From the NCBI RefSeq assembly GCF_000008645.1, contig NC_000916.1, positions 1,470,001 through 1,502,000 on the forward strand: DNA of 32,000 nt, read 5' to 3'. Source of the DNA: Methanothermobacter thermautotrophicus str. Delta H (lineage in GTDB: Archaea > Methanobacteriota > Methanobacteria > Methanobacteriales > Methanothermobacteraceae). A program made the translations under genes and the position numbers. The notes beneath the pieces were generated by a model. The model was not told the origin of the DNA, searched no databases, and was given only the letters and a program-made list of their open reading frames with translations. Below, piece after piece: positions 15,882-25,723 of this stretch (positions within the stretch are counted from its first letter, which is position 1; each line of letters starts with the position of its first letter).

Positions 15882-18419
15882 TTATGCTGCTGTCCACAGC
15901 AGCACACCGGGTTCCTGGTGGAGGAACTTGAAGGATGTCTGGTTGAATCCCCCCAGGAGGAAGAGCTTTGTGAAGACGGAGTCCTCCAGTTCCCTGTTCA
16001 TTATTATTGTCGTGTACTGGTTTCCGCTTCCAATGACTATGAGGCTCAGCTGGGCGTCACTGTCAACAACCTCATTCTTAACAAGGAGGTCGCCCTCGAT
16101 TATGGTGAGCCTGTGTGGGTTTATCTTCTGAACCGTCATGTTGTTGCCCACTGCTATCGTTGCATTGGTGGTGTTTGCCTTCTTCTCTATTATGGTGCCC
16201 AGGACGTTATTCTGGTCCACCATGGTGTTCACGGTCTGGATAACGGTTGTGTTGTTAACCACTTGGGGCTTTGAGCTTGCCAGGGATGGATAGTAACCAT
16301 ACCTTGACCCTGTCTTCTTCTTGAAATCCCAGGTTCCAAAGTACGTCCACCATGGCGCCTTACCGAGCATATCTGAGCTCAGGACAAGTACAAAGGGCTT
16401 TGGCTTTGCCGGGTGGGAGTACCTGAGTACACTGTCAGCCTCCTTATCACTGAGACCGTAGCGCCCGGTCATGACGGCCCTGGCTTCCTCCCTTGGAAGT
16501 CCGAGGGTCGCGGTCAGTATCTCGGCGGTCTTTCCGCTGTCATCTGTGTAGTTGTCAAGGGTCTCATAGGCGAGATCACCGCTGGTTGAGAGCATGGTGA
16601 GTATACCCCTTGAAAGTGTCTCGTTACTCGTTGTGAGGGCCTTACCTATCCAGTAGGCCCTCGGGGTGTTCTGGCTACCACCGTCAAAGGTGACTGGCCT
16701 GTCTGCTGCAACCGCAAAGAGGTGTCCGAAGTCCCACCATGACATGACCACCGTGTCCCTGCTGGTGTTCTTCTTTACCCACTGCATGGAGTTCCACATA
16801 CCATCATCTGTACCGGGGGCTACCGACGTTGTGATTGAGTGGGCTCCACTCACAGAGGGGGCCACAGCTGCAAGGACCACCAGAACCATCATGAATGGCG
16901 CCCTTATCTCAGGCTTCTTCACGGAGTATATGAATCCAGCCGCAAGCACCCCTGCAAGGAGCTTAACCGCAACTGAGACCCCGAAGGGCATTACCATGGC
17001 AACCGCCGCCACGAATACGATCAGTGCCAGTGATGATGTTGTCGTGAACCTCACCCTCAGGTACTCAACAAGGAATCCTGTGAATATCCCTGCTGAGAGT
17101 CCCAGGGGCATTGCAAATGTGGGTATGAACCTTGAACCCTTGGTAACAGCATATCCACTCATTATGAGCCATACAGCCATGAGGACAGCGTAGAGCAGGT
17201 AGCGGTGTCTCATCTCCTCACTGGCAACAGCCGCCCTCTTCTTCCTCATGAACTTGCTTTTCTTACCGGCCCGCGGCCTGTTCTCTGACTCCTCAACGAC
17301 AACCTCTGGCTGGCGGTATTTCCACACCAAGGCTCCGACACCCAGAACACCAATTATGAATACCAGCAGGCCGCCCACCCCACCAACGATTGTGTTCTGA
17401 CCCGGGAGGAAGATGTTCCCGGCACCGGTTGTTATGAATTCAGGCACCTGTAGTTCTGAGACTGAGACATAGACGTTGGGGTAGGCCGTGGTCTGGGCGG
17501 TTGCCTGTATCTGGGTGGCGCCTATGAGTCCGCCTACAGCACCCGCAAGGCTTGAAAATCCTCCAAACACTCCTACGAGGACTCCCCCAGCTATGATGAG
17601 GATCAGGAGGGGGAAAAGTTCTCTCTGATGAATCAGCCAGTCAAGTTTGCCCTCGAATTCGCCTGCCGGTTTTTCTCCCAGGATGTACCTTGAAATGACA
17701 AGGTACGCTGCAACGAATACGATGAGAACCGCCAGGTAGAATATGTAACCCACCCATGCAGCTGAAAATACAAGTATTGAAACTGCCGCTGCAAGGGCAT
17801 ATCCAACCTTGCCCCTCATGCTGGAAGCCAGCATCCCCTCTGTGAAGAACCAGAACACGAAGAGGGGGAGGACGAAGTTGAACATGTCCGTGTCAAAGAA
17901 ACCTGCATAGGTGTGGGCGACGTAGGTTGGGACAAGGCCCACTATGAGGGCAGCTGCAAAACCCCCGTAATCATTTGTTATCCTCCTCACGAAGAGGTAG
18001 GCGGGGATCACGCAGAGGGAACCTATGAAGGCCCCCATCCAGAATGCGACCTCCTTGAGGCTGAAGTCCCCGAAGAAGTTCAGTACCCTGTAGGCAGCCG
18101 AGGTAACGTATACGATCAGGGGAGGGTAGTCAACGGGTCTGCCCGGAGGATAGTAGGAGTGGAGGTCATAGGGTTTACCATCCACCAGGGTATCACCCAT
18201 TATACCCTTCGTCAGGTAGTTCATTGTTAACCTGTAGTTATAGTAGGAGTCCATTTCGCTGAAATAGGGGAGTCCATCTGCATCTTCATAGAATTTCTTG
18301 GCATCGGCAGGGACTCCGCCAATGTTACTGGCCTCTGCTCTTATGTAAAAGACAACCGAGAAGAGCAGGACAATGATTATGAATGGCTTCAATCTTTCAA
18401 GCAAACCTTGGATATCCAT
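15882..18419 (-). CDS. aglB: Archaeal oligosaccharyltransferase AglB (STT3 family)
   Basis: The 845-aa protein has a multi-pass membrane N-terminal half, the catalytic WWDYG-type motif (MSWWDFGH) and a soluble C-terminal domain. GAGGCGGTGA lies upstream of the ATG. Confidence 0.9.
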   Translation of the reverse strand: MDIQGLLERLKPFIIIVLLFSVVFYIRAEASNIGGVPADAKKFYEDADGLPYFSEMDSYYNYRLTMNYLTKGIMGDTLVDGKPYDLHSYYPPGRPVDYPPLIVYVTSAAYRVLNFFGDFSLKEVAFWMGAFIGSLCVIPAYLFVRRITNDYGGFAAALIVGLVPTYVAHTYAGFFDTDMFNFVLPLFVFWFFTEGMLASSMRGKVGYALAAAVSILVFSAAWVGYIFYLAVLIVFVAAYLVISRYILGEKPAGEFEGKLDWLIHQRELFPLLILIIAGGVLVGVFGGFSSLAGAVGGLIGATQIQATAQTTAYPNVYVSVSELQVPEFITTGAGNIFLPGQNTIVGGVGGLLVFIIGVLGVGALVWKYRQPEVVVEESENRPRAGKKSKFMRKKRAAVASEEMRHRYLLYAVLMAVWLIMSGYAVTKGSRFIPTFAMPLGLSAGIFTGFLVEYLRVRFTTTSSLALIVFVAAVAMVMPFGVSVAVKLLAGVLAAGFIYSVKKPEIRAPFMMVLVVLAAVAPSVSGAHSITTSVAPGTDDGMWNSMQWVKKNTSRDTVVMSWWDFGHLFAVAADRPVTFDGGSQNTPRAYWIGKALTTSNETLSRGILTMLSTSGDLAYETLDNYTDDSGKTAEILTATLGLPREEARAVMTGRYGLSDKEADSVLRYSHPAKPKPFVLVLSSDMLGKAPWWTYFGTWDFKKKTGSRYGYYPSLASSKPQVVNNTTVIQTVNTMVDQNNVLGTIIEKKANTTNATIAVGNNMTVQKINPHRLTIIEGDLLVKNEVVDSDAQLSLIVIGSGNQYTTIIMNRELEDSVFTKLFLLGGFNQTSFKFLHQEPGVLLWTAA

Positions 18420-18664
18420 TTCACCGCCTCTTTCATCTGGTAATAAATTCAGGACCTTAATGATGTTAATAAGGTTTTTGATCCGGTGACTTATAAGTTT
18501 TCATATTTTTTGCGGGTCTTTCTGGTACCTCTGAATTCTGGGGGTTATGGGTTCCATGAGGGTCAGAACAACTCAGAAAGCATCAGGGACCTTCAGTTCA
18601 ACCCTCAGACCTTTATACTTGAAGAAATTATTACCAGCAATTTCCTGCATCACTGACATTCAGT

Positions 18665-20821
18665 TCAACCCTCGGGGACCTCATCAACGGAACAGGTGAA
18701 GCGACACTTCGGGAATCCCTTACAACCGACGAATTCCCCGTAACGTCCGGAGCGCTTTATGAGGTCTGAACCACATTCAGGGCATTTACCGACAACCTCT
18801 TCAACCTCTGATTTCTTTTTACCACATTTTGGGTCAAGACAGGCCCTCTGCCGCGGCCTTCCATAGGATATCATGGGGAGACCGCACTTTTCACAGAGAC
18901 TTTTAAGCACACTGGCGCCCCTTGGAAGTGAGTAAACGGTCCTGCAGTCAGGGTAGCTGGAACACCCCACAAAGGTGCTCCTGTTTCTGGGAGAGTATTT
19001 TATGACGAGCTTCCCACCACAGGCGGGGCATTCACCCACAACCCTGCTGTCCTGGTAGGCCCTGTAGAGTTCCTTCCCGATGTCCCTGAGGTTCTCCTCT
19101 ATGTCACTGAGTATGGATCTTACCTCTGTGATGGCCTCATCTATAACCCGGTCCTTGCTTATCTTCCCCCTCATGATGTCCTCTAGTTCCCTCTCGAACT
19201 GCCTTGTGAGTTCCTCGCTGATGATCTTCTCACAGTACCTTGTGAGGGTGTCAATTATGTTCTCACCCAGGGGACTGACCCTTATCTTTTTACCCTCAAT
19301 GTACTTCCTGTCATAGAGTTTGGCTATTATATCTGCACGTGTTGACTTGGTTCCAAGACCCCTCCTCTCGAGTTCCCTGATGAGGGAAGCCTCGTTGTAT
19401 CTTGCCGGGGGTTTTGTCTCCCTTTCATCTGCACTTACACTCCTGACAGCCAGAGAGTCTCCGCCGGATATCTCAGGGAATTCTTCATCCTCCATCTTCG
19501 TGTAGGGGTAGCTCTCCATCCAGCCCGCCTTACTGACCCTCTTCCTTGAGAAGCTGAACTCCTCTTCTCCAATTTCAAGTTCTACCTTCATGGTCTGGAG
19601 GATGGCATCCTCACCGAATACACTTATGAACCGGTGGACTATGAGGTCATAAACCTTTTTCTCATCCTTTGAGAGTTCCGATGGAAGAAGACCTGTGGGA
19701 TGTATGGCCGGGTGGGCATCATCCTCCTTTTTTCCCTCATGGGGTTTTAGGGGGCCTCTGAGCCTTTCAATGTGGACTCCGAAGCGGGGGTTCTTTGCAA
19801 GGTTTTTGAGGATCTTTTCGTACCCTATACTTTCCGGGAGCTTCTGGGATGATGTCCTGGGATATGAGGTGTAACCCTCGGTGTAGAGGTTCTGTGCAAT
19901 TGTCTGTGTCTTCTTGGGGCTGAATCCGAATACACGGTAGGCCTCTGACTGGAGGGTCCCCAGGTCGAAGGGTACCGGGGGCTTTCTGATGGTGTCCCTC
20001 ACCCTAACATCCTTAACCTCAGCGTCACTTCCCTGGCACTTCTCCAGGATGCTGTCGACAAGCTCCCGCTTGAAGATCTTGCCCCTCTTGCTCTCGGCGA
20101 TGATCCCTTCCCCGAGCTCAGCGCGTATTATCCAGTAGGGGACGGGTTTAAAGTCCCTTATCTCCTTCTCCCGTTCAACCAGTATCGCGAGGGTCGGGGT
20201 CTGAACCCTCCCGGCGGATAATTTTATGAAACGATTTGTGGCCGCCTTAACAGACTTCATGAGGGAGCGGGATATGTTTACTCCGAAAATAAAATCAAGT
20301 ATGTGCCTTGCAGCGCCGCTGTCGACCTGCCCATAGTCGACCTCAATGGGGTTCTTGTAGGCCCTCTGTATCTCCTCCCGGGTGAGGGTTGAGAACTTCA
20401 TCCTGGAGGTCTTCCGGAGGGCCTCCTCACCGCAACCGTATTTGAGGGCGTTGAAACCAATGAGGGTACCCTCAATGTCATAATCGCAGGCATGGATGTA
20501 GCGGTCAGCGCCGGCTGCAAATTTCCTTATAACGTTGAGGTAATCCTTAACGTAACCCTTCTTCTTATCGATCTCGTGTATGGGTGCCCATTCAAGGTCA
20601 AAAAAGTGTTCTTCGTTGGACTGCCTGGGGCGGAGTGAGTAGAGGTGTCCCACCGCTGATACTATGGTGACCCTCTTATCACCCTCCACATGTTCCCAGT
20701 AGGACACCTTTCCATGTTTTTTCTTCATGGCGTCTGGAAAGAGGGCCCCGGCAATCTTTTCAGATGATTTGGGCTTCTCACAGATTATAACTTCATGCAT
20801 CTTACCACTCAGGGATCTCAC
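18665..20821 (-). CDS. topA: Type IA DNA topoisomerase with three C-terminal zinc ribbons
   Basis: The TOPRIM N-terminus reads [10 protein letters not shown], followed by [10 protein letters not shown] with the active-site Tyr region. C-terminal CxxC...CxxC modules are CPACGG...CSSYPDC, CEKCG...CLDPKC and CPECGS...CKGFPKC. The start is either GTG at 20821 or ATG at 20800. Confidence 0.92.
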   Translation of the reverse strand: MRSLSGKMHEVIICEKPKSSEKIAGALFPDAMKKKHGKVSYWEHVEGDKRVTIVSAVGHLYSLRPRQSNEEHFFDLEWAPIHEIDKKKGYVKDYLNVIRKFAAGADRYIHACDYDIEGTLIGFNALKYGCGEEALRKTSRMKFSTLTREEIQRAYKNPIEVDYGQVDSGAARHILDFIFGVNISRSLMKSVKAATNRFIKLSAGRVQTPTLAILVEREKEIRDFKPVPYWIIRAELGEGIIAESKRGKIFKRELVDSILEKCQGSDAEVKDVRVRDTIRKPPVPFDLGTLQSEAYRVFGFSPKKTQTIAQNLYTEGYTSYPRTSSQKLPESIGYEKILKNLAKNPRFGVHIERLRGPLKPHEGKKEDDAHPAIHPTGLLPSELSKDEKKVYDLIVHRFISVFGEDAILQTMKVELEIGEEEFSFSRKRVSKAGWMESYPYTKMEDEEFPEISGGDSLAVRSVSADERETKPPARYNEASLIRELERRGLGTKSTRADIIAKLYDRKYIEGKKIRVSPLGENIIDTLTRYCEKIISEELTRQFERELEDIMRGKISKDRVIDEAITEVRSILSDIEENLRDIGKELYRAYQDSRVVGECPACGGKLVIKYSPRNRSTFVGCSSYPDCRTVYSLPRGASVLKSLCEKCGLPMISYGRPRQRACLDPKCGKKKSEVEEVVGKCPECGSDLIKRSGRYGEFVGCKGFPKCRFTCSVDEVPEG

Positions 20822-21078
20822 CTGTAGAATCCGTAGAAGTCACTGCAGTAACTGCACATGGGGTACTTACCGTAATGATAATGGCTTGAATCATCGGCGT
20901 TTATGTTGAACTTCTTATGGCATATGAAGCACTCTTCTATCTTTTCATCATCTGAAGTTTCTTCAATGCCTGGATTATCTCTGGTGTAAACCGTTTCGCT
21001 GTCTGATGTGCCAACACCGCATGGATTCCCATTTTCTGGTTCCATATTCTCTCTGTCTGAGGATTTTTCTCCACCCAT
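20818..21078 (-). CDS. Small acidic protein with a C-terminal Cys/His zinc-finger-like motif, uncharacterised
   Basis: The 86-aa protein has CFICH-x(22)-CSYC at its C-terminus. AGGGGAT lies 3-4 nt upstream of the ATG. It sits 8 nt after the serB-like stop, and its stop overlaps the topA GTG (GTGA). Confidence 0.55.
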   Translation of the reverse strand: MGGEKSSDRENMEPENGNPCGVGTSDSETVYTRDNPGIEETSDDEKIEECFICHKKFNINADDSSHYHYGKYPMCSYCSDFYGFYR

Positions 21079-21086
21079 AGGATCCC

Positions 21087-22574
21087 CTAAACTATCCTGT
21101 GCTTCTGGAGAAGAAGAATCTCATCCTTTGTAAGTTTTTTGCCCTCTTTGAACTTCTCATATATTTCACGGGCCCTTTCCTTTTCTTCAATATCCTTTTC
21201 CCTGCTTTCTCTTCTCCTGGCACTTCTGTTCTCTGATCTCAGGGCGTTTATTCTCTCGTTTATCTGGCGTATCTCACCGAGGGTTGATTTGAATTCCTCA
21301 TGCTTCTCTGAGGCCATCCTCCTGAATTCGAGGAACTTCTCATGGGCCTCATCAGCCTTCTTGCGTATCTCATCTGTTTTTCTGAAGTACTCCAGCATCT
21401 TCTCATGGTAACCCTGGGCCTCCTCAGAGAGGGCCACAACCTTCTCATGGTACTCCTCTGACTTTTTCCTGAGTTCAAGGGCCTTTTCACGGGTTTCATC
21501 GTCCTCCTGAATCTTCATGAGTTTCTTTCGAAGCTCGTTCGCTGTCTTGACAAGTTCATTCTCCTTGTTAATGTCAAGGACCCTTGTTTCAATGATCTTG
21601 TCTATTCGCTTGATCTCATTTTCAATCTTTATACGGTCCCTTCCTCCTGAGGACCATTCGAGTTTGCGTATCTCCTTGTTTATCTGGTCCCTGAGCTTCT
21701 TGTTCTCCTCGACCTTGGAGTTTATTTCATTACGTTTATCTCTCAGTTCAACAGCCCTGTTGAGTGTTTCACGAAGTTCACTGTTGAGACTGTCCCTCAG
21801 TTCCTTCATTTCACGTGCTTTTTTGTTCAGTTCATCCCTTTCAGAGGCTATTGCTGAGAGTTTGTCTTCGTATTCATTTTTGAGTTCCATAACTTCGTCG
21901 TAACTCATCTTGTTCAATTTATCATCAGCCTCTGCAACTTTTTCAATGATGGGGAGTATCTTGCGCAGATCCTTATCTTCAACAACTGCATCGGCCTTCT
22001 TCCTGAGGGCTGGCTTGGCATTGAAGGCTATGCCCAGACGTGCGGCCTCTATCATGGATATATCGTTGGCCCCGTCACCAACTGCAACGCACTCCCTGGG
22101 ACTTATACCCTCCTTCTCAAGGATCCCGCAGAGAACATCATACTTTGATTTTTCCACAAGGGGCCCGCTCACTTCACCGGTAAGTATGCCATCTTCCTCA
22201 TGGAGCCTGTTGCAGAAGAGGTAATCTATGCCGAGTTTCTCCTTTACGGGTTCAGCCACAAGGTCAAAGCTTCCACTTATAACTGCAACCAGGTACCCCT
22301 TCTCCTTGAGGGTCTTTACTGTCTCCTCGGCGCCCTCCATTAGGGGCAGTTCATCTGCAACCTTCTTTATGTCTTCCACCGCTGTTCCCTTGAGGAGTTT
22401 AACCCTCTCCCTTATTGAGGATTCAAAGTCAACATCACCCTGCATGGCCTTCTCGGTGATCTCCATTACTTCCTTTTCAACGCCAGCGATTTTTCCTATC
22501 TCGTCTATGGCTTCACCATCAATAATGACATTGTCAAGATCGAAAACTACAAGTTTAATCAAAAATATCACCAT
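21087..22574 (-). CDS. serB: HAD-family phosphoserine-phosphatase-like domain (about aa 1-212) fused to a ~280-aa charged coiled-coil domain
   Basis: HAD motifs are FDLDNV (DxDx[TV]), VISGSF and GDGANDISM, the last identical to the SerB motif IV. The remainder is K/E/R-rich heptad-like sequence with recurring [YAK]HE[KE][VMF] elements. Confidence 0.8.
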   Translation of the reverse strand: MVIFLIKLVVFDLDNVIIDGEAIDEIGKIAGVEKEVMEITEKAMQGDVDFESSIRERVKLLKGTAVEDIKKVADELPLMEGAEETVKTLKEKGYLVAVISGSFDLVAEPVKEKLGIDYLFCNRLHEEDGILTGEVSGPLVEKSKYDVLCGILEKEGISPRECVAVGDGANDISMIEAARLGIAFNAKPALRKKADAVVEDKDLRKILPIIEKVAEADDKLNKMSYDEVMELKNEYEDKLSAIASERDELNKKAREMKELRDSLNSELRETLNRAVELRDKRNEINSKVEENKKLRDQINKEIRKLEWSSGGRDRIKIENEIKRIDKIIETRVLDINKENELVKTANELRKKLMKIQEDDETREKALELRKKSEEYHEKVVALSEEAQGYHEKMLEYFRKTDEIRKKADEAHEKFLEFRRMASEKHEEFKSTLGEIRQINERINALRSENRSARRRESREKDIEEKERAREIYEKFKEGKKLTKDEILLLQKHRIV

Positions 22575-23119
22575 TAAATCAGATCTAACTCGGCAAGCCT
22601 TGCCTTAGTCTTTTCAACTCCAAGTTTAGCATCCTCTGCACTCTTGGCTCCTGTACATACAACCTTACCTGAACCGAATAACAGGAGCACCACCTTGGGA
22701 TCATCCAGTCTGTAAACGAGTCCAGGGAACTGTTCAGGTTCGTACTCTGTATTTTCAAGTCCAAGGGCAACAGCCTCAAGGTTAAGTGGTTTTCCAAGGT
22801 TCGCCGAGGCCACAATGTTCTGGATCTTTATTTCAAATTCCTCTGGTATGTCAGGATCCATGGTCCTCATCATGTCAACCGTCAGTTTTATGGCCCTCTT
22901 GGAGTCCTCTATTGATTTGGCTCCTGTACATACGAGTTTGCCTGATCCAAAGATCAGTGCAGCCGTCTTCGGCTCCTTTAATTTGTACACAAGCCCCGGG
23001 AACTGTTCCCTGTTAAAATCAACATTCTCAAGGGCTTCTGCAACTGTCTGAAGATCAATGGATTTTCCAAGGGTTGCTGAAGCAACAATATTTTCTATTT
23101 TGATATCCACATCTGTCAA
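22574..23119 (-). CDS. tbp: TATA-box binding protein
   Basis: The 181-aa protein has two homologous halves (IENIVASATLGKSIDL...QFPGLVYKL...GSGKLVCTGAKS and IQNIVASANLGKPLNL...QFPGLVYRL...GSGKVVCTGAKS). It has a TTG start with GGGAGGT 7 nt upstream. Confidence 0.97.
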   Translation of the reverse strand: MTDVDIKIENIVASATLGKSIDLQTVAEALENVDFNREQFPGLVYKLKEPKTAALIFGSGKLVCTGAKSIEDSKRAIKLTVDMMRTMDPDIPEEFEIKIQNIVASANLGKPLNLEAVALGLENTEYEPEQFPGLVYRLDDPKVVLLLFGSGKVVCTGAKSAEDAKLGVEKTKARLAELDLI

Positions 23120-23148
23120 CTAGATACCTCCCGGTGAAGTTAAACCTA

Positions 23149-23162
23149 CATATAAATTTAAA
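23149..23162 (-). promoter_or_regulatory. Candidate TATA box in the tbp upstream region, within the 220-bp AT-rich divergent intergenic region 23120-23339
   Basis: The minus strand reads TTTAAATTTATATG. A second TA-rich candidate (AATATTAATATAGG) lies about 20 nt further upstream, so the exact box is uncertain. Confidence 0.3.
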
Positions 23163-23339
23163 TGCACCTATATTAATATTGACGTAAAAAACTAGTTATT
23201 ATGAATAATAACGCGGTTAATATTCAGCGTTTATCATTCCTCAATTGAAAAATTATTGCGGCCTATCATCAAACTCTTTTCATATTTTAAGCACCATCCT
23301 TAAATAATTTAACATACTTAATGAATAGAGGGGGATGAA

Positions 23340-23723
23340 GTGGTTATTGATCCAAGGTTTTACAAGGAACAGGTTGAGGAACTTGGAATTGAGGGCATTG
23401 AAATAGACCCCTCATCTGAGGAGGAGGCCCTCAGGATTCTGAGGGAGGTTGAAGACGCTATAAGGAATCTGAAGAGGATAAGGTACAACCTCCATATGGA
23501 CATGAGATTAATAAGGAGGGAGTACCTTGAGAAAATGAGGGACCCTGACATCAGGGGCGATGTCAAAAGGAGAAGGGCTCTTATGGATGAGAGGGATAAT
23601 CTCCTGGGCCCCTATGAGGGAGTGGACAGGATAATCGACACGCTCCTTGAACAGCTGGAAGAGGCGAGCATATTCCTGAGGGAATACGCCGGTCTTGAGA
23701 TCGCCAGCACTGAAGAGTGGTAA
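23340..23723 (+). CDS. Hypothetical helical or coiled-coil acidic protein, 127 aa, no family recognised
   Basis: GTG start preceded by AGAGGGGGAT. The ORF has even codon usage and no competing frame. The alternative ATG at 23335 opens only a 24-codon frame. Confidence 0.5.
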   Translation: MVIDPRFYKEQVEELGIEGIEIDPSSEEEALRILREVEDAIRNLKRIRYNLHMDMRLIRREYLEKMRDPDIRGDVKRRRALMDERDNLLGPYEGVDRIIDTLLEQLEEASIFLREYAGLEIASTEEW

Positions 23724-23813
23724 TGGAGTTTCTGAAACTGTTTTAGAGCATCCAGGTATGTGCACTCTACTTTATGATTATGTCTGTGTTAGAGCACTGA
23801 AGGGTGGTAGCAT

Positions 23814-24347
23814 TTGATTGAGGTTGAGGTTAAGGCAAAAATTCATGATAGAGATGAGATGGTTGATCGGATACTCTCAGTTGGAGGCGTTCATGTCTCT
23901 GACGAGGAGCAGCATGACCTGTATTTCAACGCCCCCCACAGGGACTTCGCAAGGACAGACGAGGCCCTGAGGATAAGAAGATCCGGTGGGAGGACCTTCA
24001 TCACCTACAAGGGCCCCAAGATAGATGAAGAGAGCAAGACAAGAAAGGAACTCGAGACGGAGGTCGCTGACCCGGGGACGGCCGCAGAGATACTGGAATC
24101 CCTCGGCTTCAGGATGGTGAGGGAGGTCGTAAAGGAACGCAGGATCTACAGTGTGGGGGAGTTCACAGTTTCCATTGACACCGTAATGGGCCTGGGGACC
24201 TACCTTGAAATTGAGAGGGATCTACCCGACGGAAGTGACTATGCCGGGGCCCTCAGGGAGATATTTGAGCTCTACAGAAAACTTGGCATCGAGGACGGAT
24301 TTGAGAGGAGGTCATACCTCGAGCTCCTTGAACTGGGCGAGGAGTAA
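23814..24347 (+). CDS. CYTH-domain protein (CyaB-like class IV adenylyl cyclase / triphosphate tunnel metalloenzyme)
   Basis: The N-terminal ExExK signature occurs in MIEVEVKAKI. The size is 177 aa. It has a TTG start with GGGTGGT upstream. Confidence 0.8.
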   Translation: MIEVEVKAKIHDRDEMVDRILSVGGVHVSDEEQHDLYFNAPHRDFARTDEALRIRRSGGRTFITYKGPKIDEESKTRKELETEVADPGTAAEILESLGFRMVREVVKERRIYSVGEFTVSIDTVMGLGTYLEIERDLPDGSDYAGALREIFELYRKLGIEDGFERRSYLELLELGEE

Positions 24348-24538
24348 GGCTGATGGTCCTCAGATATTTTCAAATTCACTGATGCAGTCTCTGATCATTA
24401 TCATACCATAACACGTAATGACCCACCATATTTCAGCCACCGGAATATGGATGCACTCTCAAACCTTTTATACTAATATATCTAATTTTAAATAAATGCC
24501 AAGTATTCATTTTAATAAAGCATTAAGGTGGTAATCCC

Positions 24539-25714
24539 TTGAGATACTTTGTTAGCCCCTTCAATAAAGAAGCTGAATTAAAATTTCCTGACAGGATCAC
24601 GATTTACGATACAACACTGCGTGACGGGGAGCAGACCCCCGGTGTATGCCTTGGAACAGAAGAAAAACTTGAAATAGCCAGAAAACTTGATGAGCTCGGC
24701 ATACATCAGATAGAGAGCGGATTTCCGGTTGTATCAGAACAGGAAAGAGTTTCAGTGAAGTCCATTGCAAATGAGGGCCTCAATGCAGAGATACTGGCAC
24801 TCTGCAGGACAAAGAAGGATGACATCGACGCAGCAATAGACTGTGATGTGGATGGAGTCATAACCTTCATGGCAACATCGGACCTCCACCTGAAACACAA
24901 ACTCAAACTCACAAGGGAGGAGGCCCTCAACGTCTGTATGAACTCCATAGAGTATGCCAAGGATCACGGGCTTTTCCTGGCATTTTCAGCAGAGGATGCA
25001 ACAAGGACAGACCTCGACTTCCTCAAGCAGATCTACCGGAAGGCCGAGAACTATGGTGCAGACAGGGTCCACATTGCAGATACCGTGGGCGCCATAAGCC
25101 CCCAGGGTATGGACTACCTTGTCAGGGAACTGCGCAGGGACATCAAGGTTGACATAGCACTCCACTGCCACAACGACTTTGGAATGGCCCTATCGAACTC
25201 AATAGCAGGGCTACTTGCAGGTGGGACTGCAGTCTCAACCACAGTTAACGGTATAGGTGAAAGGGCGGGCAACACATCCCTTGAGGAGCTGATCATGGCC
25301 CTGAGGATAATCTATGAGGTTGACCTCGGATTCAACATAGGCGTCCTCTATGAACTTTCAAGGCTTGTGGAGAAACACACAAGAATGAAGGTACCTGAGA
25401 ACAAGCCGATAGTCGGCAGGAACGTATTCAGACACGAATCAGGTATACACGTCGACGCGGTCATAGAGGAGCCCCTAACCTATGAGCCATTCCTTCCAGA
25501 GATGATAGGCCACCAGCGCAAGATAGTGCTGGGGAAACACTCCGGGTGCCGTGCGGTCAAGGCCAAACTTGAGGAGTACGGCATCGATGTTACGAGGGAT
25601 GAACTCTGCAGGATAGTGGAGGAGGTAAAGAAAAACAGGGAGAAGGGTAAGTACATCAACGATGAACTCTTCTACAGGATTGTGAAGTCCGTAAGGGGAC
25701 CTGTAGACTTCTAG
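24539..25714 (+). CDS. aksA: Homocitrate synthase-type enzyme of the LeuA/NifV/AksA family lacking the LeuA regulatory domain, likely AksA of coenzyme B biosynthesis
   Basis: The DRE-TIM metallolyase start reads ITIYDTTLRDGEQTPGV, followed by HCHNDFGMA and GIGERAGN. At 391 aa it has no C-terminal LeuA dimer/regulatory domain. TTG start with AGGTGGT upstream. The family call is confident and the substrate assignment is less so. Confidence 0.75.
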   Translation: MRYFVSPFNKEAELKFPDRITIYDTTLRDGEQTPGVCLGTEEKLEIARKLDELGIHQIESGFPVVSEQERVSVKSIANEGLNAEILALCRTKKDDIDAAIDCDVDGVITFMATSDLHLKHKLKLTREEALNVCMNSIEYAKDHGLFLAFSAEDATRTDLDFLKQIYRKAENYGADRVHIADTVGAISPQGMDYLVRELRRDIKVDIALHCHNDFGMALSNSIAGLLAGGTAVSTTVNGIGERAGNTSLEELIMALRIIYEVDLGFNIGVLYELSRLVEKHTRMKVPENKPIVGRNVFRHESGIHVDAVIEEPLTYEPFLPEMIGHQRKIVLGKHSGCRAVKAKLEEYGIDVTRDELCRIVEEVKKNREKGKYINDELFYRIVKSVRGPVDF

Positions 25715-25723
25715 GTGGTTAAA

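Noticed and set aside
22574-23119. Internal direct repeat within tbp (two ~90-aa halves with high similarity)
   Set aside because: This is the well-known pseudo-symmetric TBP domain duplication, not a new repeat feature.
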